DNA of 58,627 nucleotides, filler included, from Dugesia japonica (lineage: Eukaryota): assembly GCA_001938525.1 (NCBI GenBank). It is 6 parts of 6 records of this genome, joined end to end, with 100 filler letters (N's around TTAATTAATTAA, not from the genome) between each part and the next. Parts side by side here need not be neighbours in the genome. Positions count along the whole stretch, not along the records: positions 1 to 12,319 come from MQRL01627292.1; positions 12,420 to 21,245 come from MQRL01236166.1; 4 more parts are not named here. One strand, given 5' to 3'. This document shows positions 1-13,070 of the stretch, piece after piece. The notes under the pieces were generated by a model, which saw nothing but the letters and a program-made list of their open reading frames with translations, was not told the DNA's origin and searched no databases. The position numbers were made by a program, and so were the translations under genes. Position 1 is the first letter of the stretch; every line of letters starts with the position of its first letter.

Positions 1-1639
1 GACAAGTACTACGAAACAGTATAACATAAAACAAAAGGAAAATGAAGAGTTAATAAAAATATCGAATTAACAAAAGTTAATAACAATATTACCAATAGCA
101 AAAAGAAAACCAAAGTAATGAAGAAAACTATTTAGTAATAATTCGTTAGATTGTTTTTGGCAATTAATGAGTCAAGAAGGGGTTCATTCAGATATTCTGT
201 ACGCAATAAACTACATATTTTGAAACCCATCCCGTTTCCCTGTGGCGCTGCGGACATTTTTGACCCCCTTCTCCTATTCATACATCCTGTGGTGGAATAG
301 ATAAATAAAACTTAAATAAAATAAATTAAGTAATATTGTAAATAAGCCAGAATAAATATATGAAATAAAAATTGGGGATTATATACAAAATAATAATTGA
401 ATTTGTAAATTAAATTTTAAAGTTAAAAAAATGATAAATGAGTAAATTAAAACGTTAGTAAAGAATACTGGAATTGCGTAATTAATAGACTAATAAATGA
501 GAAATGATATTAAAAAGAAAATGAATGAATGTATTAACGGTGAAATTGTAAAGATAAGCTAATGATTATTAATGTATTAACAATAGGAAACATTGATGTT
601 GAATTTTAAGAAAAATATTTATAATATTAATTAAAATAAATTAACTATTATAATAAAAAAATAGAATAAAATTAAATAATACCTGAAAAATCGACGAGCG
701 TGGCGCCCGCCAAAGTGAAAAATGAAAATGAACAGTTATTTATACCCTTTGATAATCAATTGATCATTAATCAGGTTAACATGAGTAAACTCAAGGGTCT
801 GCTCATTATCAACGTCCAGCAATGGACATGAAGTAAATTTGAACAATTAATTAATCTCCATTTGACATGATAAACAAGAAAATCTCCTTTTAGTTTACAT
901 GAAGTAAATATTAAGAAATGATTGAAAAATAAAATTAAATATTTTATATTATAGCAAAGAGTTAATTAAGTATAAATATTAATTATATATAAAATATCAT
1001 GTAATATAAATAACTATGAACATAAAGATGTTTATAGATCAATTAAAGAGGTATAATATCAGATTGTAGTATTATTAAGGGTTAAGCAATAAAAATGTAA
1101 ATAAAATGATAACTTTCTAAATAACATAAAAATTAAGAATAATAGTTAATTATGCTCAAAATGATTATTAAACATATATTATATTTTAATATTATTATGA
1201 TGTGCATAATAGTGTAAATAGTCTTATTAATACAAATCCAATTTTTATAAAATTTTTATATTTCTAAAATTAAAATTTTTATTAGTTTAATAATAGTTAT
1301 TAGTTAAATATAATTTTTATAGAAAAATAAAAACAAAAAATAGTAATTCTGACAATAAATGAAATCCTAATAAACCTGAAGAATTGCAAAATCATATCTA
1401 TTCATACCAATGTTAACCCTAAAAAATAAACTAAATCTAAATCAGAATTTATTTTGATAACCATGATAAAATAAACTAAAAATTCATAGCATTTCAGTTA
1501 ATTTTAATTTAATTTCCATCGTTCTTGAATGGATTCTGCAACCACTCGATCAAGTTTCAAATAACTGGCATCTCTCTGTACTGCATATCATCAGCAGATG
1601 GTATCAGAATCTCTTCATCATCATTAGCTTCTGTAGCAC

Positions 1640-1815
1640 CTAATTTGGTCCGGCCTTCTCAAAATGTAGCCTATCTTTTTCTATGTCTTTTGTTTTTCCA
1701 GAAGCATTAGGGTGTGAATCAAATTAGTCATTTTGTAGCACCAAGCCTACCAGTTCACGACTAAGTAGTGCCATACGTTTCTCCACTGTATGGCATGCTG
1801 AGTAATGAGGTACCT
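1640..1815 (-). pseudogene. Zator-like (TP36/ISAzo13-related) DDE transposase fragment
   Basis: Minus strand reads VPHYSACHTVEKRMALLSRELVGLVLQND*FDSHPNASGKTKDIEKDRLHFEKAG, resembling the APGxSAxNxVERRMAPLSxELxGLxLxxDxxGSHLxxxGxT motif I associate with Zator transposases; contains an internal stop. Confidence 0.5.
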
Positions 1816-3317
1816 GTCAAACAAACATCAAATCCGATTATAATATTCAAAATAGGTGTCTCTATGGCTTAATATTTTTAATATAGAAATAATTATACTT
1901 AATAAATACGTGATATAGTCAGACGTTATGAATTCAATAAAGAGAAATTACTTTATAAAAACTTATATTATTAATACAATTTACAAGTTATGATTTTTAT
2001 CTTGTGAGTGTCGTCTCAGTAAAACTCAACTCGACTTGAGATTTAAAATTTTTTAGGGTAAATTATGGTAAAATTCATCAGTATTTATACCATTTTCCAC
2101 TCTCATGTGTACGCAAATACAATATGTTAAAATTGATTACAAAAATATAAAAATTTCCCATAAAAGTTACCGTTTTTTTTATAAAATCCGTGATAGTTTT
2201 CATAAAATAATCCAAATGTTTACAATTGACTAATTATATGTTCATAGGAATCAAATAGTTTGCCAATTAATCAATAAAGTTGAATACATTAAAATTTGTG
2301 TAAAAATAAGAATAAAATAAAATAATAAAAATAAAGTAATTTTGTACATGAAAATAGAATTAATGTTCAAATAAAAGGTCTGAATTTTAAAATGTTGATT
2401 AAGTTGTTGTTCACAGGGGTTGGATTTGGATTGAATTGGTTGGTTGAGAGATTTTCTACTTCTGAATGTTGTATTTGATTTGCTTGGATTGTTTCGTATT
2501 GTGTTTGTATGTTTGTTGTATTGTGTAAGTGTAAGTGTGAATGTTGTTTCCCACCAAATGTTTTATCTCTCGTATTTTCTTTGCACTAATGCTACTAATT
2601 CTTACTCATTAGATGGGGGGGGGGGTTCCGCAGTTTTTAGCAATTTGAATATATCATCGTTATTATCAATTGTTTAATTTCATAATTTTGAACTGAGCTA
2701 TTTTTCATTAATTAAATTTTTATGGTCATACAATGATGAAATTTCATTTCAAATGTCACCCTAGATGAAACTCGTATAAATAATAATTTTAACAAAAACA
2801 ATTATAAATAATATTTTTCACATACCAATAAATAATAATTAATGATTATTTTATTAATTACAGATGTTACAATAATAATCCTTTATTTTAATTTTATTAA
2901 TATATTCCGTCCGTTAATTCTAATCATTTTCTCTTATAATATGTATAATATATATTGAATTAACTTTTGTTTCCCTCTGTTATTCTATAATCATTTTACA
3001 TTTAATTTTTACTTTTATTATTATTTAACGTATACAATATATACATAACATTTATAATACATAAATATAATCGATATTTTTGATTTTGTCTTTATTTTCG
3101 TTTAATAATAATAATAATTAAATAAAATATTTCAGAATTTCTTCGTTTTATAAATAAAGTCGCAGGCGCCATTTATATTCAGATGGCGTCACAGCAATGA
3201 ATGACCACATGAATTTTAGTAGAGAGGAAAATGAGATTGTTGTTAACTGACATATTGATATTGATTGTTGTTAACTGATTCTTTTGGGAATGATTTGAGA
3301 AGGGGATGAGTATGAGA

Positions 3318-3329
3318 ATTATTATTATA

Positions 3330-3380
<51 letters not shown>

Positions 3381-3466
3381 ATTATAATTATTATTANNNN
3401 NNNNNNNNNNNNNNNNNNNNNNNNNNNNNNNNNNNNNNNNNNNNNNNNNNNNNNNNNNNNNNNNNN

Positions 3467-3530
<64 letters not shown>
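3318..3530. repeat. (ATT)n microsatellite with an internal assembly gap
   Basis: Direct reading of ATT runs on both sides of the N gap. Confidence 0.97.
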
Positions 3531-3531
<1 letters not shown>

Positions 3532-4418
3532 AAAATTATCATAATTGTTATTATCAATATTATTTGCATTAAATTATTGTTATATATTTATTAATATATT
3601 ATAAAATATCATTATTGCATTAAATTAAAAATCAAAAAAATGATAATAGTGCAATAATGATTTGTGAGGGTTCCAGAAAATAATTATAGTTTCTTTTTAA
3701 GAAATTTTTTTTGGTGTGTTAATGTTGTAGTATAAAAAACAATGTAATCTTGAAAATTCACAGTTTTTTTTGACAATTTGCTGCATTTCTTTAAGACAAA
3801 TAAACGTTGATTAATGGTGTGTTGTTTGAATTTTTTTGTTAAAGGGTAAATTTTATTTCATTTATTTTAAACCAATATCCTCTGCATACATTTCTCTGAT
3901 CCAAGTCAGATAAATTATTAATAGTGATTTCACCGCAATTTACTTGAGGGCTCAAGGTACTTTCGTCTGAAATTACTATTTATGCTTAGGAGTTTGAGCT
4001 CAAGTGTCGTGTTTAATCCGAAAGATATAGTAATGTATTGCAAATACATAATTTTGCACAATACGTACGAAGATGTTCAAAATTAGATGTCCGAATGGAT
4101 TAATTCTAATAACAAATCATTATTTTCGTCGCGGAATAACCATGTTGCCAGATTTATTCGAGAAAGTCATTTAAAAACGGAAGATTTTTGTCATAAAAAT
4201 AAAATTTTTAAAAGTTGTTAAAGAGGTCTAAGATTAATGCAACCCCCTAATAATTTCATTAAGTGTGATAATAAGAAATGATTATTTATAAGCAAAAAGA
4301 CAATATATTTCTGCAATTCCGATTTTTTTACTGCAATCAAACCACAATGACAATTTAAATTAAAATTCAGATCAATTTTTATAAAATTTCATTACGCACA
4401 ACAAGGAGCATTGGTTTA

Positions 4419-5184
4419 CATTATACTCGATTATTCGGAACTCTCGAAATCAAAATATATAATTTTTTTATCCGATCTCTTTTTTTTCTGAAAATCAAAA
4501 TTTTGAATTCTTATAAAAGTTTTGAATCAACTAAAACTTTAAAAAACAATCATTGAATAATAGATCTTAGCGGGTTTGGTTATTTTACATTTCAAATATA
4601 TATTTCAAATAATGATTTTTCTTGTATAATCAAAAGAAAAACTTAGAGAGACAATTACAACAATTAACGTTTTATTTCTTAACAAACTCTGTAATCTTCT
4701 ATTGTCATTTAGAAATATTATATTTTTAAAGACAATATCACATTGATTTCAAAGAAATAAAATGCTCAAGATATCTGATAGCCCTTTCGAAAGTTTACTT
4801 TCATTTTAATGTGAAGATTTTTATGTGAAAGATTTCACATACTTTCTTCTTTTCTTAGAAAATTGGTTTTCATTTGTTGTGATTTTATTTTCAATTGGCC
4901 TATCAACGTTACTCTTTCATTCTTAACATACATCTTGATATTTAATTGATAAAAATTTCTTAAAATATATATTGATCATATTAATCATTGATTAAAATAC
5001 GAATTCACCTATGCCTATCAAAATATACAAATATTAGAGCAAATATAAATATATATTTTAAGTCTATAGAATATTTACATTTTTTTAAAAATAACTTTTT
5101 TTGAAAATTCAAAAATAGAACAGTACAATTGGTTCGGATTACCGAACGTTCAAATANNNNNNNNNNNNNNNNNNNNGTTTACTG
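4419..5184. mobile_element. Degenerate pogo/Tigger-like non-autonomous DNA transposon
   Basis: Left end TA|CATTATACTCGATTATTCGGAAC, right end GTTCGGATTACCGAACGTTC..gap..GTTTACTG|TA; resembles CAGT..CTCGATTATCCGAAC-type TIRs with a TA TSD; a gap hides part of the right TIR. Confidence 0.4.
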
Positions 5185-6268
5185 TACATAAATGTTAAAA
5201 TATATTTACAATAATTGGGTTAGTTTGTACCAAACGTTTTATTAAAATTTCATGATTGACATAAAAATCAAAATTATTTATATTATATTCAAAATAAATA
5301 AAATAAGAATTTTTAAATAACCGAATTTTCTTTTTAAAATTTGGAATTTTGTTTCGATTTGACCTTATTATTAGACTTCACATTAACAAACTGTAATATT
5401 AAAATACTAAATACAATNTATTAATTATTAATTAATACAGTATTATACATATAATACTTCTGTTTGTTTCTATTTATTTTAAAGTTAAATACTTTATTAT
5501 AATTTGTTACACGGATAGAAATTTGCATGCATAAATGCATTTATAAAATTTGAAAAATGATTGAATCAATAATATGCACAAGTGATGGATACAGATTTAA
5601 GTTTATTCGAAATGAATAAACTTTACATAAAAATAAAAATTAAAAATGTTTGTACTAAATTATAAGATCTCCACGAAAGTGTTCCATAGTTTTAAAATAG
5701 TAAAAAGACGTTTTTTACACGTTCCTCAGATTAATTATCATATAGTCAAATTATTCAGATTGATATTAATTTTCATATTTTTGGATCACCTTGATCAAGA
5801 ATAGTCTCTTAATTTCATAGGGATTGAGAATGATGGGATGGTTATAACCAATCACTTAAAATGTATTGTTGTTGTTTGATGCTGGTTATTTGAATTTTTC
5901 TGATCCTCAACTTTTTATCATTATTATTTATTGTAAAACGTGTGCTTTTTCTTTAATCATGAGTTAATNATATTAAAATTCATGTGTCACCTCCAAGCTA
6001 CTATATTTTGTAGGCAAGAAAAAATATTAAATAAACTCAAAAAGAGTAAATCAAATTCCATTTCTTCCAATTCATAAAAATTCATAGCAAAAAGTTGATT
6101 GATTATTATTTGGTTTCTGCAGTATTTGTATATCAAAGAAATTTATCAAATAATAAAATTAATAGTAATTTCAGAAAATATATTTTAAATTAAAATTTTA
6201 TGTATCCTTTTTAATTTTTAATGAGCAAATATCTAAAATTTATTGTAATTGCGTTCATTGTATTTTAG

Positions 6269-6691
6269 CCTACATTAATTCATTGTTCATGGGGTCGAGG
6301 TCGCACTGGAACTGTTCTAGCTTGTTTTTTCATTATTCAAATGCAAATGAAAGCTAAAGACAGTATAAATCTAATTAGAAACATACGACCAGAATCTATT
6401 GAAACAAATGAACAAATAAAAATGATTTCTAAATTCTACAGCAGTGTTAAGAGATATTATAAAACAACACGAATACATATTTTTGAAGGAAAGTTGAAAT
6501 CAAAATTACTAAAAAAGGAATTTGAAATACCTAAACCTTTATCTAAAAATCGATTCCAGGCTACTATATTTTGTAGGCAGGAAAAAATATTAAATAAACT
6601 CAAAAAGAGTAAATCAAATTCCATTCCTTCCAATTCTAGTATTAAAAGAAACAAATTTGTGAAATCATTTAATATTATAAAAACAAAATGA
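6269..6691 (+). CDS. Terminal coding exon of a DUSP23-like dual-specificity protein phosphatase
   Basis: After the TTTTAG acceptor (6267-6268) the frame reads PTLIHCSWGRGRTGTVLACFF...AKDSINLIRNIRPESIETNEQ, with an intact HCx2GxGRTG P-loop and an RPxSIETxEQ motif; upstream exons were not found. Confidence 0.85.
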   Translation, partial: PTLIHCSWGRGRTGTVLACFFIIQMQMKAKDSINLIRNIRPESIETNEQIKMISKFYSSVKRYYKTTRIHIFEGKLKSKLLKKEFEIPKPLSKNRFQATIFCRQEKILNKLKKSKSNSIPSNSSIKRNKFVKSFNIIKTK

Positions 6692-7524
6692 AATCTCAAT
6701 TTCATAAAATTGAAGGAAAAAGAAATGACTTTAGACATTATACTGTGTTATTTTGTAATTCTAATAAATTGGAATCTCGATTTTCTATTAAAATTAAATN
6801 NNNNNNNNNNNNNNNNNNNNNNNNNNNNNNNNNNNAAAAAAGTTAATATATTTATCCTGTTAGGCCAAAATGATTTCTAATTTAAATTTTCACTTGCTTT
6901 ATTATTAGTATATATATATTTACACACGCATATGTTGGTATTCTAGGCTTTTGATTTTTTAATTTAGTTTTATCGCTTCACATCATTTCTCTTTCACATT
7001 TTTACCGTTACTTCATCTGTCTAGGGCATACCTGAAATACACAAGCGTTTGTGTCACCTCTGTGAAATGCCCCTGAATCTATATTTTATAACCAATAACC
7101 GGTTGATTGTTCACGTATTTTCATCTTAATATAGTGAAAATCATTTGAAAATATACCTTCTAATATATTTTATTATTCAATTAAACATCAATTTGAAACA
7201 TAAATTTAATCAATCATTAAAATTCTAACAATTTGTTCCTGGACTTATTAATTATCTTTCAAATCGCTTAATTTATTCATTTAAATATTTTAAAATTAAT
7301 TAGAAATTTTATTCAATCAAATTAAAATTTAGAATTAACATTTAAAAATTTTAAATACAACTTATAAATATATTACATTTAGAAATTGGTCCAGAGCGAC
7401 TTTGTGTTATCATGTCTTGCTCTCTGTTAGTGAACATAAAGTTTCGCTCAGTATATTTCTTGAATAATTATTATATGAAGTAACCTGGTCATACATAACC
7501 ATAACAAAATAATATAGTCCATTC

Positions 7525-7562
7525 ATATTCCTGAAGAAGATAATTGTCGAAAATTTGAATAT
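7525..7562 (+). ncRNA. Minimal type I hammerhead ribozyme motif (Penelope-like repeat), copy 1
   Basis: ATATTC-CTGAAGA-AGATAATTGTC-GAAA-ATTT-GAATAT: stem I ATATTC/GAATAT, CUGANGA and GAAA core, short stem II, palindromic stem III. Confidence 0.65.
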
Positions 7563-8679
7563 CTATAAAACAACAGTTTAATTTGATCGAAGCTCTTACT
7601 TTATTTTAATGAAATAGTCAAACACATTCATTATTTATTGGTCCAATCATAGATGTTCTCCATTTAGTTTTAACAACTGTTGCTGAGCATCTAAGTCCAC
7701 TCAATATAATGCTGACCCTGTTCGTCAATGTATGACCAAATATAACGCGGTCTTCTTATGCTGACCTTCTTTGAGTTATTCATCTAGTAAATAAACGTAA
7801 TGAATTGATATTAATGATATTAATTCTAAATTATCAAGCGTAATAAGGAAATGGAATTATCGTCACGTTCCTTCGGCCTACGGCCTAATATGTTTTCAGC
7901 CCCACTCTTGGAGTGTAGATCAGGAAAAATAACCGTTAATACCAGCTAATTTTCCTCATCTGGACTCGTGTGGAATTTTCTTTAAGATTTCCCTAAATTT
8001 TCCTTCATCAATAAGAAATTCTTATTTCAACAAAACGTGACATGTTTCTTTAAACAAAATCTTAAAGTTGAAAACTCTAAACAGAAAATTACTACGTTAT
8101 TTCTAATGCTGGTATTTAAAATTTATTCTTGAAAGTTAAATAAGCTAAATTGACGAAAAGATTTTTTTTAATGAAAGTTATTAAAAGTAGCCGGACATAT
8201 ATTTATCATTAAATGTAAAAATATTTTTTCCTGAATGAAACTTATATAACATTATCATGAAAATAAAAAGGTTAAGAACCGACTCAATTTGATTAATGGT
8301 TGAATCCTCATTACCATATTTCCATCCATTGCCTGGTACTTTTGACTCTTGGTTTTCATGAGCAACTGTACTCTTCAACCATTACTTACATTAATGACTT
8401 CAAACACGTGCTTTATTGAATTGCAACTTCGTTTAATTTCCATATCATTAATTTTCATCGAGATCTATTCTCATAATTTTATCGTGCCCGATTATGAATA
8501 GCGCTATCTTTCATTTTGAGACGTGCCGAGATAGTCATCTTTGGTCTTATCTTTGACATAATCATTTAATCTTCCCTTATTACTAAATCTTTTCTTGAGC
8601 TTTGATTATTAATTTGAAATTCCATTGTCAGTAAATTTCACCTTTTCATTCCATGTCCGTGACGTATGATTAATAATTT

Positions 8680-9215
8680 CAACTTGGATTTATCTACTTT
8701 ACTTTCGATCTTTATTTGATAACAAATTTCATTTTCATCTTTATTTCTTAATAAATTTCGCTCATATTTGGATAAGCATACTTTAATTTCATTCTATATT
8801 TGATAATAAATTTTAACGAGATATTGGATTAATATTTACATCATGATATTGGATTGATATTTTTATTTTCACTCGATAATAACTTTTGCTTGGATCAGCA
8901 TACTTTATTTTCGATCTCCATCTGATAAATTTCAGCGAGATATTTGATTACTATTCCATCATGCCTTAATCGATATTTTGATCTTTTCTTAGTAATAAAT
9001 TCCACTCGCATTTGGATTAGCATATTTTAATTTCGATAAGTTTTAGTGCAATATTTAATTAATATTTACATCGTGATATTGGATTAATATTTCACTCAAT
9101 AATAATTTTCTCTCGTGCTTGGATTAGCATACTTTAATTGCTATTTCTATGTGACAATAAATTGTTTATTCCATTTTATTTTTGGATCAGTCTACTTTAA
9201 TTTCGATCTTTGCCA
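8680..9215. repeat. Degenerate minisatellite, probably internal to an LTR retrotransposon remnant
   Basis: Recurrent TTGGATYAGCATACTTTAATTTCGATCT...GATAATAAATTT units; a possible degenerate PBS/LTR boundary lies on the minus strand at ~9260-9282. Confidence 0.6.
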
Positions 9216-10264
9216 ATAATTTTTATCATAATTTTCAGTTCATACATTATTGTTGAATTGGGAGCACGATCATCATTTGTAGAATAGTCACTCGGATTAA
9301 TAATTTTAACATTACGTTAGAAATNNNNNNNNNNNNNNNNNNNNNNNNNNNNNNNNNNNNNNNNNNNNNNNNNNNNNNNNNNNNNNNNNNTCCAATAATT
9401 AACTCAACAATGAATAAACACAGATTTGTATTAGCAACAAAAACAATTTTTTACCACAAGTAAAAACATAGCTTTTTATATAATCTAATCTCGTTTATTT
9501 ACTAGTGCTTTTTCATTGGCTAATTAGTCGTCACCACTCGTTATCTATTCCTTTAACATGCGAAATTGTTATTACTACACGGACTACGATTGTCTGTGCA
9601 CTGTGCACACCAACTCGTTAATCACACCGTATATCTGCACATTTACTTCGTATTTGAGGTTGTGCTGTTGTTCATACACAACGCTAGCACCGTTTTGCCA
9701 TTGGACGCTCTGCTGTAATCATCCTGGTTATTTCTCATTGGTAGCCGCGCCAGTGATGGATGTTTTGTTTCGAAAAGTCAGACTACCTCATGAGTATCTA
9801 TGTTGCTAAGCGACACCGTATCTCTCTGAATAGTAACGTTATTGTATTTCCCTACGAGATCGCCGAATTCAGGGATATTACTTTGCTGGAAAATAGGGAA
9901 ATGATGGGCTATTCTAATGCAGCTATTGCACGGAATTTTGACATTAAACAGAAATATGAAAATTTGACTAATTGTTGGGGCTTTTTGAGTGATGAAGTAT
10001 ACACGTTTAGGGGTATACGTATCTATTTTACATGAATGACAAACTGGACATGAGTTAATGGGTTTAGCTGATAGATGGAGTGTTTGGTTAATACAGTTAA
10101 GACAACAATAATGGCCATACGTGATTCTGAGAAGTAGGGGGTAATCTAAGCAAATGGGGCAAAACGGTGTTTCATTTATATAATATAAGATATTACATTT
10201 ATTTGAATTAAAGTTTAAATTTAAAAGTTGAAACTTTGGCTTACTACAAATTTAAGTGTAGAAA

Positions 10265-10640
10265 AACATTAATCAAACAGTATATTTACCACCAGTGAAG
10301 AATGAAGACCATCAAATAGCGAGGAAAAACCAGTGAATAGAGTTAATATATGCAAATAATCGAAGTAAACCAAGTGAGAGAAAAGACCAGCAAAGAGAGA
10401 AGACCTGTAAAGAAAGAAAGAATCAGTGAAGAGAAAAGATCTGTGAAGAGCGAAGACCATTGAAAGGAAAACCATTGATTACTGAAGACCAATGAACAGT
10501 GATAGACATGGCGCTTTCATGTAAAGATGAGAAAAATTTTTATTTTTGAAAAATATTCTCCATTGAATTTTGGATCGATTAAAATTTTNGATTTCCATAA
10601 AATTGGGCGTCACACAAGGTGAGCCAGTGCGCCACTATCT
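10265..10640. mobile_element. Polinton-type terminal fragment (subterminal repeat array plus end motif)
   Basis: Array of (G/A)ACCAGTGAA units at 10285-10500. GCCAGTGCGCCACTA (10623-10637) is identical to the motif next to the 56072 terminus, but the outer terminal bases are missing or different. Confidence 0.5.
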
Positions 10641-11330
10641 TCGGTTTCAACATTTTTTGTGTTGCCTCCATATTATCGTTCATTTCATTTCAAAGATATC
10701 GAAATGGATGTTTCCTTGTTCTCTTTTTGTTCTTTTAATCTATCATATTTTATTTTCATTTCTTGCAAATCTGATTTTAGATCCTCGTAGTCTTTTGTGC
10801 CTGAATAGAATGAAAAACATTTTGAAATATTTCTTATACTTAAACTGCGGTTCCGATATGTTTTTTCCATATGTCCGTATTTTCCACAATTATGATATAA
10901 GATCTGTCCCTTAGTATTTAATCTATCATGACCATTTTTTGAAAAACATTGTGTCCAGAATTATCATCAAATCTTTTATAAATACTACTTCTATTTCTAA
11001 ATTTATTAAAATCTCTATTATCGTTTCTATTGTTGAAATTCCGGTTATCNNNNNNNNNNNNNNNNNNNNNNNNNNNNNNNNNNNNNNNNNNNNNNNNNNN
11101 NNNNNNNNNNNNNNNNNNNNNNNNNNNNNNNNNNNNNNNNNNNNNNNNNNNNNNNNNNNNNNNNNNNNNNNNNNATTGGCATAAATCCTTTATTATTATT
11201 TCTGCTGACATTTGAATGTCGTCCATCATTTGAACTGACGCTTCTCCCGGGGCTTTTATCTCTTCTGTTATTTTGACAATCTGTATAAGCTTTTTTCATA
11301 TCGTTCCGTTCATCTGTTTCTCTCACTGTA
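10641..11330 (-). pseudogene. LTR retrotransposon gag remnant
   Basis: R/N/D-rich low-complexity segment followed by a degenerate CCHC knuckle (YHNCGKYGHMEKTYR, 10855-10900); candidate PBS TGGTCC at ~11368-11373 on the minus strand. Confidence 0.55.
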
Positions 11331-12363
11331 CCTTTAGTTTTATTGTTCAGATACTTTTGGGATTTGGACCAAAATATGCATCAAAGTATATATCAATGCG
11401 TGAGTTTGATAATTGAATTTAGAAGTTATATTAATCCCAGTATATTATAGTTATATGTTTGATTCAATATAGACTAATATGTTTAGGATAGATAAAATAA
11501 TATTTGTAAACATACACTACATAGTCGTCCTTATATTAATAAGAAGAATTTACTTTAAATAACTATATTGTAAATATAACAATTTTACAATTTAACACTA
11601 ATAATTTATCAAGTAACACTGAATTATTATTTTTACTCAGTTGTAAATCCCAAAAGATTTAAACTGTTAAATAGTTTTTAAGGGGTAAAAATAATGAGTT
11701 TCAACTGTCTATTTATACTAGATCGTCGCTCATTATTTTCACATATTTATAAATATTTATTTAAAAANNNNNNNNNNNNNNNAAATTTTTTGTCTTCATC
11801 TTAAAAATATTCTAATTTGAAAATGATGTACTTATATAAAAATTAAAATAACATACTTAAAATTACAATTTGACATTACTCCAATCCATATAAAAATCCA
11901 TACGAAATATAATCGAATATATTCATTCAATAAACATAAAAATCGAATAAATTGTCAAAGTCAGTAACTGGTATGATACAGAGTTACAAAATCAATAATT
12001 AATATGATAGTCAGAATATTCTAATTAAAGCCAGATTGATAATTAGGGATCATTTTACTATTGACCAAGTCAATAATTAATATAATAGTCAAAATAATAG
12101 AATTTGGATTGATTTCTTGATTGTAATAATATTGCCGCATCACTTGGTTGGAATATTGCGTTGATAGAATATTGTTTGGCTCGAAATACATTTTGTTATT
12201 GTGGTTTGCTTATGTTTGTATTATGTTTTGTATGCGTGTTTGATTAGTTGGTGTTTTCCCCAACATTATCATTATCATCGATATCTAAAATATTGATATG
12301 ACGCTCCCTCGTTTTGTTTNNNNNNNNNNNNNNNNNNNNNNNNNNNNNNNNNNNNNNNNNNNN

Positions 12364-12375
12364 TTAATTAATTAA
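12364..12375. other. Artificial contig-joining spacer
   Basis: TTAATTAATTAA (stops in all six frames) flanked by 44 N on each side. Confidence 0.97.
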
Positions 12376-12924
12376 NNNNNNNNNNNNNNNNNNNNNNNNN
12401 NNNNNNNNNNNNNNNNNNNTATAGAGTAAAAACCTTTACTGGTTTCACATTCAGTACATACTAAAATAAATAAGGATCATTCGTTATTTTCAATTAGGAT
12501 ATTTCAATTTCAAAGTTGAATTTATAACTTTATATATATGTTGGTTCTAGATTTTACTTTGGTTGAATAAAATTTCTGTAAAGATTTAACTAAAATTAAA
12601 ATATTTAAATGAATAAGTTAATTGATGTGAAAGGTTAATGATAGGTTATTGAAGGATTGGTTAATGTTTTAATGATTGAATAAAATTATGTTACATGTAT
12701 ATGATTAATATGTGAATAAACACAATAGAATTCTAATTTCAAGGAATATTCTATATTAAGGTGAAAATATAGGAATAAATAACCTGCTATTAGTTTTAAA
12801 GTATGTATTGACTGTGAACTATAGAGCTGACTATATGAAATAAGCAATGTATAAAGTAAACCATAAATTAAATAATCAATAAATAAATGATGAGAGTGAA
12901 AATATGTATATTAAGACTTAATGA

Positions 12925-13070
12925 TAGCGAGTATTGTGTATGCTAATACTTGATGATAGTGATGGTTGTATATGTTAAGAGCTGTTAGTAACGAATATTG
13001 TGTATCTTAATACTTGATGATAAAGAGAGTTTTATATGTTAAGAGCTGTTGGTAACGAGTATTGTGTATA
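12925..13070. repeat. Tandem repeat, ~63-bp unit, about 2.3 copies
   Basis: CGARTATTGTGTAT..TAATACTTGATGATA..TATATGTTAAGAGCTGTT recurs in tandem. Confidence 0.8.

Noticed and set aside
701-709. TGGCGCCCG as a tRNA-Lys primer binding site
   Set aside because: Only 9 nt match, it is not preceded by an LTR CA end, and no gag follows
3243-3572. Poly-Asn and poly-Ile ORFs
   Set aside because: Translations of an (ATT)n microsatellite and an N gap
10622-10650. DSGA on the minus strand as a retroviral protease active site
   Set aside because: Lacks the hydrophobic residues before D (reads VETEDSGA) and coincides with the shared Polinton end motif
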